Shown: positions 13,887 to 23,864, counted from the first letter of the stretch. The stretch is DNA of 24,136 nucleotides from a virus (IMGVR_UViG_3300047284_000209:1-24136), one strand, 5' to 3'. Made by a program: numbers and translations. The notes: generated from the letters alone by a model not told the origin.

Positions 13887-15077
13887 TTATTCCTCTGAGT
13901 CAGGCGAGTTCAATGCAGATGTTCTAGTAGCAGCAGAGTTGGCGAATGATTCCCTCATGTCAGCAATTCCCTGCTCAGAGTTCAGGTACGCATTAACCCT
14001 GTCTTGCAGGAATGTCTGCTCGAAGTTGTTCATTGCGGCAGCGTTAAGGACTCGGACGCCAGCTTTCTTAGCCGCAGCTTCAAGGCTTGCTTTGTACTGC
14101 GGGTGAAGCTGGATTTGCTTTACCTTGCCAATAGCAAAGGCAACGGCTTCGTTGCGATTAGCGCCATATTCCATAGCGCTTGACGCAATGTCAGCTTGAA
14201 TTGCTTTGCCGAATGGCATTTTACCGGGGTTCTTACCCGGCATCGCAGGAGTCGAGAAAGCCAGATCAGGGAACTCTTTGGCAACAATAGGCTTACCCTG
14301 TCTAACGGCTTCCGTTCTAGCGCCAGAGAGTGCAGCGCTAGCTACGGCAGCAGTCGTCCTTGCACCAGACTCTTTAATCGCGGCTTCAGTCTTTCTCTCT
14401 TCAAGCTGGCGAGCTTTGATCTTGTCGAAAGCATCGATGCCGAGAGCAGAGAACATCTGATCGAGAGGGCGTGTCATAGTCTGCCCGTCAAGAGTCACAG
14501 CCTCGATCTTTGCCGAGCCGTCAACGAGAGAGCCGGTAACCTTCACAGTATCAGGATTAAGGTTCAGCTTCTTCGCCAAGAACTTGAGCGAGTTCTGATC
14601 TTTACCATCAGTCAGGTACAGGTTAAGACCAGCATCAGCCAAGCCTGACTTGTTCAGGTAGTTGGCGTACTCGTTGGAAGCCTTGATGTCCTCTGGCTTC
14701 AGCATCCCGTTGTTCATCAGGATACGAGTGTATCCAGAGTGGTAGCGAAGCTGACGCTCACGGCCTTCCGGTGTGCTGTCGTAGATGTCGTAGTACTTGC
14801 GCACCTTCTGAGTAGGCGCAGCACTGGGAGCCTGTCCCGGCATGGCCTGAACAGGAACATCCTCGTCATACCCGAACACGCTGTCCTGCAGTTGCTGGAT
14901 CTCTGTCAGAGCTTTCTCTTGCTTCTGCCGCTGCTGACGAACGTAATCACGCTCCTCTTCCTTAGCGGCAAGATCAGCCATAGTGATCGCTTGCTGACGG
15001 CGCTGCTCAGAGCGACGCAGGTTTGCTTCCTGCTGCTGCTGGAGACCGCGAACTAGACCTTCTGCGAAGCTGGCCAT
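13887..15077 (-). CDS. Putative internal virion / DNA ejection protein, 396 aa
   Basis: N-terminal ASFAEGLVRG plus Q/R/E-rich coiled coil; lies between an ejection-type gene and the giant gene; SD GAGGAAGG. Confidence 0.6.
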   Translation of the reverse strand: MASFAEGLVRGLQQQQEANLRRSEQRRQQAITMADLAAKEEERDYVRQQRQKQEKALTEIQQLQDSVFGYDEDVPVQAMPGQAPSAAPTQKVRKYYDIYDSTPEGRERQLRYHSGYTRILMNNGMLKPEDIKASNEYANYLNKSGLADAGLNLYLTDGKDQNSLKFLAKKLNLNPDTVKVTGSLVDGSAKIEAVTLDGQTMTRPLDQMFSALGIDAFDKIKARQLEERKTEAAIKESGARTTAAVASAALSGARTEAVRQGKPIVAKEFPDLAFSTPAMPGKNPGKMPFGKAIQADIASSAMEYGANRNEAVAFAIGKVKQIQLHPQYKASLEAAAKKAGVRVLNAAAMNNFEQTFLQDRVNAYLNSEQGIADMRESFANSAATRTSALNSPDSEE

Positions 15078-15079
15078 GA

Positions 15080-16159
15080 TTAACCCTTCCTCAAAGCTTT
15101 ACGCCGACGGCTCTTACGCACAGGCGTGTGATGTTTATCGAGCAGTTTGTCGAAGAACTCCTTGCCCTTCTCGCGAACTACATCTGCAGGAATGATGTAC
15201 TCGCCATTGCTCAGGCGGATCGGAGTGTTATCGGAAGTGTTAATCGCCTGAACGCTGTCCGAAGTGCCAGTGCCGGGGCCGGAGATCTTGCCGCCGTCGC
15301 CGTACTCGTTCTTGTCCATCGCGTCCTTAACGACGTTCTCAACCTTTCCGCCATCAGCCGCACCCGGCATGAAGTAGCCGAGAGCCATGCCACCAAGCTG
15401 ACCGAGCGCACCGGCAAGTCCGCTATTCGCTTGGCTATAGGCGAGCTGGTTCTGGTAGCCCATGTTCATCAGGTTGCCAGCGCCTTGAATGCCGCCCATC
15501 TGTCCTTGCAGTCCACCCATAGCGCCTTGGAAGCCAGCATACATCGGAGCATTCTGCTGCTGGACGAGTGCGCCAGTGGCGCTTCCGACGTTTGCGCCAG
15601 TGCCGATAGCAGAGAGCTGCTGAGCCGGAAGGCCGCGACCCATTGCTGCGGCGTTATAGCGGAGTCCTGTTGCATACTGCTCTCCGGCCAGACGGCCAGC
15701 CGTCTTAGCGCCAGCGGTTGCGGCAGCACCTCGCAGTGCGAACTCGTTGTTCAGAGCGGCAAAGCGAGCAGCATTCGGGTTCACGCCCATGCGAGTCAGG
15801 TTGCGCATCGCGGCACCGCGCTGCTGAGCAAGTGACTGCTCAACGTCTGCAGCGGCACGGCCAGCGAAGATGTCCCCGCGCTCCATGGCAGAAGTACGCT
15901 GAGCCTCTTCGACCAAACTGTCTTCGAGGGCGCGGTACTTCAGTCGCTCCTTGGCGGCATCCTTTGCCATCTCCATCGCAAGGCTCTGCCCCTGCAAGTT
16001 GGAGGCAACGAGCTGCTGGTAGAGAGGCATCGTTTCCTGATACCGCTGCTGACCAAAGGCTAGCTGTTGCTGCCCGAGGGCTGCCATCTTGTCTCCGACT
16101 TCACGCATCGCGTTAGCGAGCGGCGTAAAGTCCGGCGGCGGGGGCGCATCACTGCACAT
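15080..16159 (-). CDS. Putative DNA ejection (pilot) protein, 359 aa
   Basis: N-terminal APPPPDF, A/Q/G-rich helices, GALGQLGGMALG glycine zipper, C-terminal GPGTGTSDS...LSNGEYIIPA motif; SD CAGGAG; follows the GNAT gene. Confidence 0.65.
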   Translation of the reverse strand: MCSDAPPPPDFTPLANAMREVGDKMAALGQQQLAFGQQRYQETMPLYQQLVASNLQGQSLAMEMAKDAAKERLKYRALEDSLVEEAQRTSAMERGDIFAGRAAADVEQSLAQQRGAAMRNLTRMGVNPNAARFAALNNEFALRGAAATAGAKTAGRLAGEQYATGLRYNAAAMGRGLPAQQLSAIGTGANVGSATGALVQQQNAPMYAGFQGAMGGLQGQMGGIQGAGNLMNMGYQNQLAYSQANSGLAGALGQLGGMALGYFMPGAADGGKVENVVKDAMDKNEYGDGGKISGPGTGTSDSVQAINTSDNTPIRLSNGEYIIPADVVREKGKEFFDKLLDKHHTPVRKSRRRKALRKG

Positions 16160-16162
16160 GTG

Positions 16163-16759
16163 TTACTCCTGCAATATCTTAGTGAGTTGGTTGCCGGTGT
16201 GGTTATATCCGAGATGCTGTAACAGCCTGCCAACATCGTTGACTGTTTTGACTGTTACTCGAATCTCCGTCACACCCATGTTCGCGAGAACATATTCCAC
16301 GTATCGGATGAGACGAACCCCGAGCCGACCTTTGCGGTATTCAGGGAGGATGTAGATAGTGTCTTCTTCTGCCACCCACTTCTGTGTGTGGGTGCTTCTG
16401 GACAGATACATCATGCAGTTGCCGACCATGACTCCGTTCACGCGAACAGTGAACAGGATGAACCGCCCGTGGTTCTCTGCATTGACCATGTAGTCGTAGT
16501 CTGGGTTCATTTCCAGACCGTGCCGATATGACTCAGTCTCAGCCCAGTGCTGGGCATGAATCGGCTTGATCTCGTCTAAGACATAAGCAAGCCGCTCGGC
16601 AGCGATTCTAGCGTCGCCGTACAGCTCGGGAAGGATGTCCTCGACGTTGATCGAGTTGTCTTGAGGCGGCGCGTTGACCGACATCAAGATGCCTAAAGCA
16701 AGCTCCTCCGTCAGCACGTTACCTATGTTCTGCTGCAGAACGCTTGCTAGGTCTTTCAT
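16163..16759 (-). CDS. GNAT-family N-acetyltransferase
   Basis: EDTIYILPEYRKGRLGVRLI (motif A) and LLQHLGY (motif B); position between tail and ejection genes is usual for podoviruses. Confidence 0.85.
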   Translation of the reverse strand: MKDLASVLQQNIGNVLTEELALGILMSVNAPPQDNSINVEDILPELYGDARIAAERLAYVLDEIKPIHAQHWAETESYRHGLEMNPDYDYMVNAENHGRFILFTVRVNGVMVGNCMMYLSRSTHTQKWVAEEDTIYILPEYRKGRLGVRLIRYVEYVLANMGVTEIRVTVKTVNDVGRLLQHLGYNHTGNQLTKILQE

Positions 16760-17076
16760 TTCGGGTACTTCGCTTTGACAGCCATAAACTTTCTGCGCAT
16801 CTCTTCCATGGCCTCCCCTCCTTTCCAGATGGCATCGAGCTGCTCTTCTACGCTGGGGTATTCGCTCTTCCGCTTCTGCCAGTAAGCCCCTTCAGGACTG
16901 CCTAGTATCTTTTCTACAATGACGCTTCCTGATTTCTCGTAGGCTATTTCCTGAGTTACAGGGTTGTAATCCTTCTTGTCTGCGACAATGACCGGATACC
17001 AGCCATCTCCATCGCCCGGAGAGCTTTGAGGGTACGACTCTCTGCCGTTCTCTCCCCACTTCATGAACATTAGCAT
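16756..17076 (-). CDS. Putative tail-fibre chaperone/accessory protein, 106 aa
   Basis: KRKSEYPSVEEQLDAIW...AVKAKYPK C-terminal motif typical of genes following tail fibres; coupled to the fibre stop. Confidence 0.6.
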   Translation of the reverse strand: MLMFMKWGENGRESYPQSSPGDGDGWYPVIVADKKDYNPVTQEIAYEKSGSVIVEKILGSPEGAYWQKRKSEYPSVEEQLDAIWKGGEAMEEMRRKFMAVKAKYPK

Positions 17077-20000
17077 TAGCGTATCCCCATCACGACAACG
17101 TCTATCGCTTGGATGTAAAGAGCGTTAGCCCACTGCGCCCTAACCCTTACATCGAAAACCCTAGCCTGAGTTGTTTGGGAAAGACCGGTGAACAAAGACA
17201 CGCTGGTCATGTCATAAGCGTCCCAGTAAGTGTCCATGACAAGCGTATACGGGCCAACAACTCCATTGCCTAGGGTGGCTCTAGTTCTTGTGTAATAACT
17301 GCCAAGGTTGGTATTTGGGGCAGATACGAAGACGACTGTATTAGTCCCATTAAAACTCGCACTAGATACAGATCCAGAATCGCCTTCGCTTGATGTAATG
17401 ATATCTCCTGACTGAATATCAAGCTGTCCACTAAAGTGCAAAATCCACCCTAAAACTTCAACAAGTCCAAACTCTATCGATTGAGTCCAGAATTCTTGGT
17501 ACACCGGAGTTATAGGGCCAATGGCAGGAGTTGGTATCCCGTCTCCAACAGGAGCCGAGTAAACCTCAAGGTATCCGCCAACTTGGTAAGGAGCAGCATC
17601 TCTAATTGAGACCTGAATGTATGGCTTATGGCCTGCCGAGTGCGTTGACTTAGGCAGAGTGAGATTTACGTAGGACGTAAACGTCGATGGGATCGGGCCT
17701 GATGGAGCCGCATATCCTGTAATGAACTTCGTTACGTCGCCAGTCAGCTTTTCAACATTAAGAGAGCCGATCTTAGCGCCATTGATATTTGCTTGATCGG
17801 AGATCAGAAGGTCAGTGATGGCACCGCCCTTGATCGAAAGAAGTCCGCCCGGAGTTGCCGTCAGAACAGCCGAGTCGATGTTAAGGCGAGAAGTTGAGAT
17901 CGTGCCTGAAGTGATCTTGCTAGCATCGAGGCTCGTGATCTGCGCATTTCTAATGGTTGCATTTTCAATTTGCGCAGTGGTTATCGTGCCGTCTTTGATT
18001 CTAGCTGTATCAAGATAGACAATGTTGTCTATGACTTGGAACGGGAAGTAGTTTGTCGGAGATCCGCTTGCCGAGTTTGAGACTCTGAAAGCTGAGGCAA
18101 CAAACGTAGCAACACCTCCGGCAATCGAGCATGTTGGGTTAGCAGGTGTGAAGCCAATGACATTGTCATTGCCGTCAGTCTGCACAGTCGTGCTGCCACC
18201 AGAGTACAGCTCAGTGCCATACACCTTAGCGCCATTGATTCCGACAACTGCGTTGATGTAGCCAGTGGTGATCTTGTTCGCGGTGAGCGATGCAATCTTG
18301 GCGCTAGTAATGGTCGCGTCCTGAATGAACGCAGACTTGATGTAGACGCCATTAGGGACATTAGGTACGCCACTGACGTACGCAAACGGAACGCTGTCAG
18401 TCGACGGGTTGTTGGTTAGGTTGTTAGTCGTCGAGGCAGGGTCAACGATCGCAAACTTGTCTGCACGGATAATGAAAGCAGATGTCGGTGTGCCGTTGAC
18501 GCTAGTGCTTGATAGACCAAAGCCAGACACATGGCCGTTGTTGTCGATCTTGACCGAGTACTGTCCAAGCAGAGTGTTGTTCGTGCCGCGCTGTGTAGTG
18601 AAGCGCTGCTCGATAGCAACAGTATCAAGGCCGTCAGATACGCGAACCTGCTTAACAGCAGAAGCTAGCGGTATGCCGACGTTCCACGTAGCAAGGTTGC
18701 CGGGGTTAGCGGCATTCCATGTATCTACGCCAGCCTTGTTCTTGATGGCACCGCCGTTATCGAACGGCTCGCCAGTCGAGTTCAGTGTCGCATAGCCGAT
18801 CTTGGTAGTTTCAAGGCTTACGATAGACGCAGCATTCTGCGGAATACGGGCATCTTCTGTTAGCACCCAAGAAGAACCATTCCATCGGTAAGGCTTGTTG
18901 GTGCCATCAGACGTGTCAAACCAAACGTCGCCAGTAATCAATCCAACTGTAGGCGCAGATGACTGCCGGTAAGTTCTGTTCTTCGATGCCGCAACAGTCT
19001 CGACGCTGTTCATGCGAGTCGCGAGACCTGTTGTAGGATGATTTACGTCATCCTCAAGCTCGGCATAAGTCTCCTGCAGGCTGCTTACGTTAGACGAAAT
19101 AGACTGAATGCGACCATCGTCAGTCGGTGTGAACGTGGTTCCGTTCCACCGATACATCTTGTTGTTGTCGTCGGTATCAAACCAAAGGTCGCCAACAATA
19201 AAAGATCCGCTACCATTCGGAGTTGTCGGCATGGAGGCTTGACTGTAAACAGAGATCTTTACGTCAACCTTGGAAGATATTCCAGAGACAACGGTGTTCA
19301 GGTTGCTGATCGCTGTTGTTCTAGAAGTCCGCTCGTCGCCAATCAGTCCGCCAGCGCTATTAAGTGTCACTCCAGTAGGGGTGGTAAACCCAATAATGGC
19401 AGTAGACAGCAACTGTCTAGATGAGGCCTCCGAACTGTCAGCAGTAGTTCTTGCTGTTTTTTCGTCACCTATAAGGCCGGTTACTGTGTTTAGCGTCAGG
19501 CCTGATGGGTTTGTTGTTCCGGTGATAACAGTAGACAGAAGCTCTCTTGCTGTTACCTCTGCAGAGTCTGCTGAGGCACGAGCAGTGGCTTCTTCGAGAA
19601 TTGCGGCAGTTGAGGCTGCAGGAGCGTTTCTTCCTACAGACACCCAGTCAACATCGAACACTTCGCCACTTGTGCCAAGCAGAAGCTGGATGTTGGTAAT
19701 TGTTCCGCCAGTCCAGTCAGTCGTGCCATCAAGATCCCAGTCGACGATGTTGGTTGCGCCAACAGCGATGCCGGGGTCTGCAATAGTCTTTTCGTAAGTT
19801 GCACTAAAGCCGTGCGCGGTTGTCTTCCAGCGAAGCTTGCCAACCCAGCCTGTGCCGGACACGCGCTTGATTCGAGCCTTTACGATTCGATAAGCAGCGC
19901 CAATGAATCCGGGGTTGAAATCAGAAGCCACGCTGATGGAAGGGTTTGCGCCCGTCGGCGTAACGGTAACAAATCCGTTACCAACAGAAAGAGTCGCATC

Positions 20001-21164
20001 AGTGCTAGTCCATCCTTCGACAGACGAGTCAAAGTGCCAAGTCTCGTACGGGTCAAATCCGCCCGACACGCCAGCGGTAAGCAGAGATATCTGCTGCGCA
20101 AGAGCGCTATCTTGGCTTGAACGAGCCTGCCTTTCTTGGAAGATCAGGCCGGTGGTGATATCGGCAAGGTTGTTGCCCGTGTATCCGCCACGAAGCTGAG
20201 TAGCAAGTGTATTGCGCTGCGTAGCCTCTGCCGAGTCGCCGTCAGCGCGAGCCTGAGCTTCAGCCTGTATGGCAGAAGTCAGAGTCTGGTTGTTGGTGTT
20301 TACGCTGGCCGTCAGAGTCGTAATGTCGGAGGCCAGAGATGAGTCAGCATTCTGTCTGGCAATCTGCTCGTTTGTGATAGCAGCGCCACGGGCAGCAGCT
20401 TCATCGAGAATTGCCTGCGCTCTAGTTGCAGCTTCTGCAGAAACAGCAGCAACACGATCAGTGAACTCACGCAGCATTCGAGCATTGACCGAGTTGGCAA
20501 GCTCAGATGGGCCATCGATCAGGTCGATGCGGGAAGAAAGATTCTTGACGAAGTCGCTATCAAGGAAGTCCTTCTCGATGATCTTGATCAGTTCTTTCGG
20601 ATCTACGCTGGCCTTGGCAGAAGCGGACTCTTGGCTGTACGGGCCAGTGACGTTGGCCTTCGATACGAAGCGAACCCAGTAGTAGTACGTGAACTCTTTC
20701 GCATTCGGGCTATCCATGTAGCCCTGAGAAGAGCTAGTAGCGATCTTTGTCGCAGCGCCAATGTCATCGCTCTCTGCTCGCCAAACCTCAGCAAGCTGAT
20801 GGTTCTTGTAGGCAGGCTGATCCCAAGTGACGAAGATAATTCCAATAGACCCACTAGCCACCACATTCTCAGGAGCTGGCGGAGGCGTCAAATCTATCGT
20901 CGGGTCGTATCCGTCAGGATCTACGCCGCTAGGGATAACAGTGTTGCCGTTCCCACGAACAGAAGTCGGATTGTACTTAACAGAGCCAGTAGCGTCCTGA
21001 GCCAAACCAAGAAGGATGAGGTCACGGTAAGTGACATTCGAGTCCATCTTGTCGCCAACATGTCCCTCGCGCACATCAAGAAGCTGCTTGATAGCGCTAA
21101 GGACGCTCTCAGTAGAGCTGATGCCAGCATCTGGAATTGACGGGACTTTGGTCTCTCTACTCAT
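17076..21164 (-). CDS. Tail fibre / host-specificity protein with DUF1983-like (J C-terminal) domain, 1362 aa
   Basis: N-terminal FN3-like domain (YYYWVRFVS...GPYS); E--AR--AD coiled-coil repeats; two GD-WFDT-D--K-YRWNG modules; YSVKIDNNGHVSGFGL...FIIRADKFAI; ITSAKI/ITTAQI repeats. Confidence 0.85.
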   Translation of the reverse strand: MSRETKVPSIPDAGISSTESVLSAIKQLLDVREGHVGDKMDSNVTYRDLILLGLAQDATGSVKYNPTSVRGNGNTVIPSGVDPDGYDPTIDLTPPPAPENVVASGSIGIIFVTWDQPAYKNHQLAEVWRAESDDIGAATKIATSSSQGYMDSPNAKEFTYYYWVRFVSKANVTGPYSQESASAKASVDPKELIKIIEKDFLDSDFVKNLSSRIDLIDGPSELANSVNARMLREFTDRVAAVSAEAATRAQAILDEAAARGAAITNEQIARQNADSSLASDITTLTASVNTNNQTLTSAIQAEAQARADGDSAEATQRNTLATQLRGGYTGNNLADITTGLIFQERQARSSQDSALAQQISLLTAGVSGGFDPYETWHFDSSVEGWTSTDATLSVGNGFVTVTPTGANPSISVASDFNPGFIGAAYRIVKARIKRVSGTGWVGKLRWKTTAHGFSATYEKTIADPGIAVGATNIVDWDLDGTTDWTGGTITNIQLLLGTSGEVFDVDWVSVGRNAPAASTAAILEEATARASADSAEVTARELLSTVITGTTNPSGLTLNTVTGLIGDEKTARTTADSSEASSRQLLSTAIIGFTTPTGVTLNSAGGLIGDERTSRTTAISNLNTVVSGISSKVDVKISVYSQASMPTTPNGSGSFIVGDLWFDTDDNNKMYRWNGTTFTPTDDGRIQSISSNVSSLQETYAELEDDVNHPTTGLATRMNSVETVAASKNRTYRQSSAPTVGLITGDVWFDTSDGTNKPYRWNGSSWVLTEDARIPQNAASIVSLETTKIGYATLNSTGEPFDNGGAIKNKAGVDTWNAANPGNLATWNVGIPLASAVKQVRVSDGLDTVAIEQRFTTQRGTNNTLLGQYSVKIDNNGHVSGFGLSSTSVNGTPTSAFIIRADKFAIVDPASTTNNLTNNPSTDSVPFAYVSGVPNVPNGVYIKSAFIQDATITSAKIASLTANKITTGYINAVVGINGAKVYGTELYSGGSTTVQTDGNDNVIGFTPANPTCSIAGGVATFVASAFRVSNSASGSPTNYFPFQVIDNIVYLDTARIKDGTITTAQIENATIRNAQITSLDASKITSGTISTSRLNIDSAVLTATPGGLLSIKGGAITDLLISDQANINGAKIGSLNVEKLTGDVTKFITGYAAPSGPIPSTFTSYVNLTLPKSTHSAGHKPYIQVSIRDAAPYQVGGYLEVYSAPVGDGIPTPAIGPITPVYQEFWTQSIEFGLVEVLGWILHFSGQLDIQSGDIITSSEGDSGSVSSASFNGTNTVVFVSAPNTNLGSYYTRTRATLGNGVVGPYTLVMDTYWDAYDMTSVSLFTGLSQTTQARVFDVRVRAQWANALYIQAIDVVVMGIR

Positions 21165-23800
21165 ATCGCCTTCAACTCAGCCATAGACTGGGCAATAGCA
21201 ATCATCTGAATAGGCGCTCGCCCTTCAACAACAATGTACCAGTCCCTAGCGAGATAACCCGAAGGGAGGCGGAAAGGCTCAGAGCTTGTAACGGACTTCG
21301 TTATCTTCAACGCTCCGTCTGCATAGAGCTTAAATGTACAGCCGTCAGTGAAGTTGCTGGACATCACCTGAGCAATGCCGAAGTTAGTCTGGGATGCAGC
21401 CTCGAATATCTTCGACTTCCACCGGTATTGTTTGGTGGCAGCGGCCTTATCCATCTTGACGATGTTACCGCTCTTCACGATATGGAGAGAGTCGGCTGTC
21501 GGGACTACATGCCCTGCTTCCGTATACTCACTGCCGAGAGTAAACGGTGCGTCACTGCCAATCAGGTTAAACACTAGCAGCCCGGTCGCACCACTGGTCT
21601 TCGTATAGAAGGCGTAGTACCGGCCCTCGTGGATATAGGCATGGATGGAGGAAGGGTTGTATTCCTGCCACTGCTTCTGCGAAAGGATCTTGGATGTAAT
21701 AAGGCTGACGCCGCCCAAGCCAATCTGCGCAAGCCCGTCAGGCGATGCATAGATCACTGAGTCGCCAGCCTCGACAATCGAGCGCTTGGAGACACAGGCC
21801 TGCTGGAACGACGTTTTAACCAACGACATCGATGCCGGGTCAACGCCAGTGGCGATGTACGGGAACGAGTCAGTCAGGATTGCGATCGATTGCCCGAACG
21901 CCCCAAGCCCAACCGGGGTGGAGTCGATCGGAAGGAAGTTCTTGCTCGACCATGCATGTGGCATGTACGGCTCAGAGAAGCAGATATCGCGTCCTGAGAA
22001 GCCAACGAAGATGCCGTTGGCCATGACTCGCAGCCCTTTCAGGTTGGTCGGCGGCGGCTCCCAATCAACAGCCGGGAGGATTTCGCCAAGCTCTGCCTGC
22101 TTCTTGTAGTCGTAGTAGGTGGTCGTTGCAATCGGGATCTCTGCAACAAACTGGTAGTCGGTGGTCGTCGTGCCGGTGGAAGTCCGATACAGGTACTTCT
22201 TGGTTATGTTGTAGTTGCCGCTAGGAACGCCGCCCATCGTGATCAGGACAGGCTCACTGGGGTTCACATCGATCAAGGTAGACGGGTCTGACGGCGGCCC
22301 TTCTTCCCCGTACTCAGAGACGTACGTATAGACGTAAACACGGCTTTCCGCAGTGACCTTGGGGGTAAGAACCCCTACCGCGCCGAACGCCCCAACGGCT
22401 CCACCGGGGGGCTCGTCTATGCCACCGAGTACCGCAGCTCCGCTATTTCCCACGATGGCAGAATCAGCGGCTACGTCGGTGTACGAAGTCTGCGATACCG
22501 GGATCTCGGCCACTAGGCGATACGAAGAGTCAGACACGGTGTAAGTGCCCGTGCCAGAGTAGGTGACCGTCTGGCGGTATATGCGCTTCTTGGTTACGTC
22601 AGTAGCCACATTCTCGTTGTGGTTGATGTTTACCGTAGTGACGCCATTGATCACCTTAACCACGCCAGAGGATTTACTGAGCGGCCCCTCGACATCGGCT
22701 GAAGTCACAAACGCAATGGCGTAAACGTGAGCAACAGTTGTTGACCCCGGAGTTACGCTAGTGTCGTTGAACGGGATAACCGCTGTTGGAGCAATCGTTG
22801 GTCTGGCAGGCCGGTTCTCCACGGACGAAGCCAGAGTAGCGGCCCCAGAAAGCTCGGAGTCCAGATAGAGATCGGTGTACTCCGCATCGCTCAGCGGAAC
22901 AGTGGCAACCAGCCGGAACGTGTTGCTCACCTTGCGGTACACCCGCTTGCTGACAACATCTAGATTTCCGTTGTTGTCTGTCGGAAGCCCGAAGAGCTTG
23001 ACCTTGGACGGGTAGCGGCGCTTAACTACATAAGGGCCAGCAGGGGGAGATGCGGGGAACGACTGGGAGTTTTTGATCGTGAACGTCTTTACGTCAACGA
23101 CAGAAGATACTTCCCATGTATTGTTCCACCCAGCGTCTGATGCGCCCGTAATTCCAATGAAGTCACCAGCAATAAGGCCATGCTGTGTCGGGCAGGAGAC
23201 GCGATACGAAGTGGCGCTTTCGTATGTGAACGAAGATGTCTGGATTGTCCCCATGTCGACATTTGCCGACAAAGCTTTGACTGTCACCTCTTCGCTTGGG
23301 GCCGACTCCTTGCTGCCATCGGAATTGATATAGGTGATCACGTAGACGCGATCAACCGTAGTCGGGTTAGTCACGCTAACGCCAGCAGCAAGAGGGACTA
23401 CGGTCGGCTTTGGGATACCAACAGAGTACGAGTTTCGCGGGTACGGGCCAGTGCCTGCAGCAAACGCAACGGTCTCTGGCGCATAGCGGAAGACATCCTG
23501 CCCAGTCCAGTAAATGCGATTGTAAACATCCTGAGTGATTGGCGACTTAACGACATCAACGTCAGTCGTAAACTCAAACCAATTCAGAGCCTCATTCACA
23601 TTGTCCCTAGCGCGGAAAATAGTCTGGACAACTCCAGAAACAGTTTTCAGCTCGGTAACAGTTGTGTTGTTCTCAATAGGCTCAATGTTGCCGGAAGAAA
23701 GGCGAACGTCGAGTGCTTCTTGAGCTTCTGACGGATCAAGGAGTTTGGAGTCAACGATGGGCCGCATTCCACGAAACCCACGCATCACAAAACCTGCCAT
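21161..23800 (-). CDS. Tail/head-closure (stabilisation, nozzle-like) protein, 879 aa
   Basis: N-terminal F-GM-P-----LL...A; FSEPYMPHAW; CVSKRSIV....VIYASPDGL; Y-WKSKIF; PFRLPSG; three internal FN3-like repeats. Confidence 0.7.
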   Translation of the reverse strand: MAGFVMRGFRGMRPIVDSKLLDPSEAQEALDVRLSSGNIEPIENNTTVTELKTVSGVVQTIFRARDNVNEALNWFEFTTDVDVVKSPITQDVYNRIYWTGQDVFRYAPETVAFAAGTGPYPRNSYSVGIPKPTVVPLAAGVSVTNPTTVDRVYVITYINSDGSKESAPSEEVTVKALSANVDMGTIQTSSFTYESATSYRVSCPTQHGLIAGDFIGITGASDAGWNNTWEVSSVVDVKTFTIKNSQSFPASPPAGPYVVKRRYPSKVKLFGLPTDNNGNLDVVSKRVYRKVSNTFRLVATVPLSDAEYTDLYLDSELSGAATLASSVENRPARPTIAPTAVIPFNDTSVTPGSTTVAHVYAIAFVTSADVEGPLSKSSGVVKVINGVTTVNINHNENVATDVTKKRIYRQTVTYSGTGTYTVSDSSYRLVAEIPVSQTSYTDVAADSAIVGNSGAAVLGGIDEPPGGAVGAFGAVGVLTPKVTAESRVYVYTYVSEYGEEGPPSDPSTLIDVNPSEPVLITMGGVPSGNYNITKKYLYRTSTGTTTTDYQFVAEIPIATTTYYDYKKQAELGEILPAVDWEPPPTNLKGLRVMANGIFVGFSGRDICFSEPYMPHAWSSKNFLPIDSTPVGLGAFGQSIAILTDSFPYIATGVDPASMSLVKTSFQQACVSKRSIVEAGDSVIYASPDGLAQIGLGGVSLITSKILSQKQWQEYNPSSIHAYIHEGRYYAFYTKTSGATGLLVFNLIGSDAPFTLGSEYTEAGHVVPTADSLHIVKSGNIVKMDKAAATKQYRWKSKIFEAASQTNFGIAQVMSSNFTDGCTFKLYADGALKITKSVTSSEPFRLPSGYLARDWYIVVEGRAPIQMIAIAQSMAELKAI

Positions 23801-23834
23801 GTTTTCTTCCTGCTAGTAAATTGGGGTGCCTCCC

Positions 23835-23858
23835 AAAAGCAAGGGGCATTGCTGCCCC
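23835..23858 (-). terminator. Probable weak intrinsic terminator
   Basis: Minus strand GGGGCA-GCAA-TGCCCC hairpin (GNRA loop) followed by TTGCTTTT, 6 nt after the stop at 23865. Confidence 0.6.
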
Positions 23859-23864
23859 ATGCCG

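Noticed and set aside
17076-17760. Diversity-generating retroelement or invertible tail-fibre switch
   Set aside because: No reverse transcriptase, invertase, TR/VR pair or flanking inverted repeats seen in the window.
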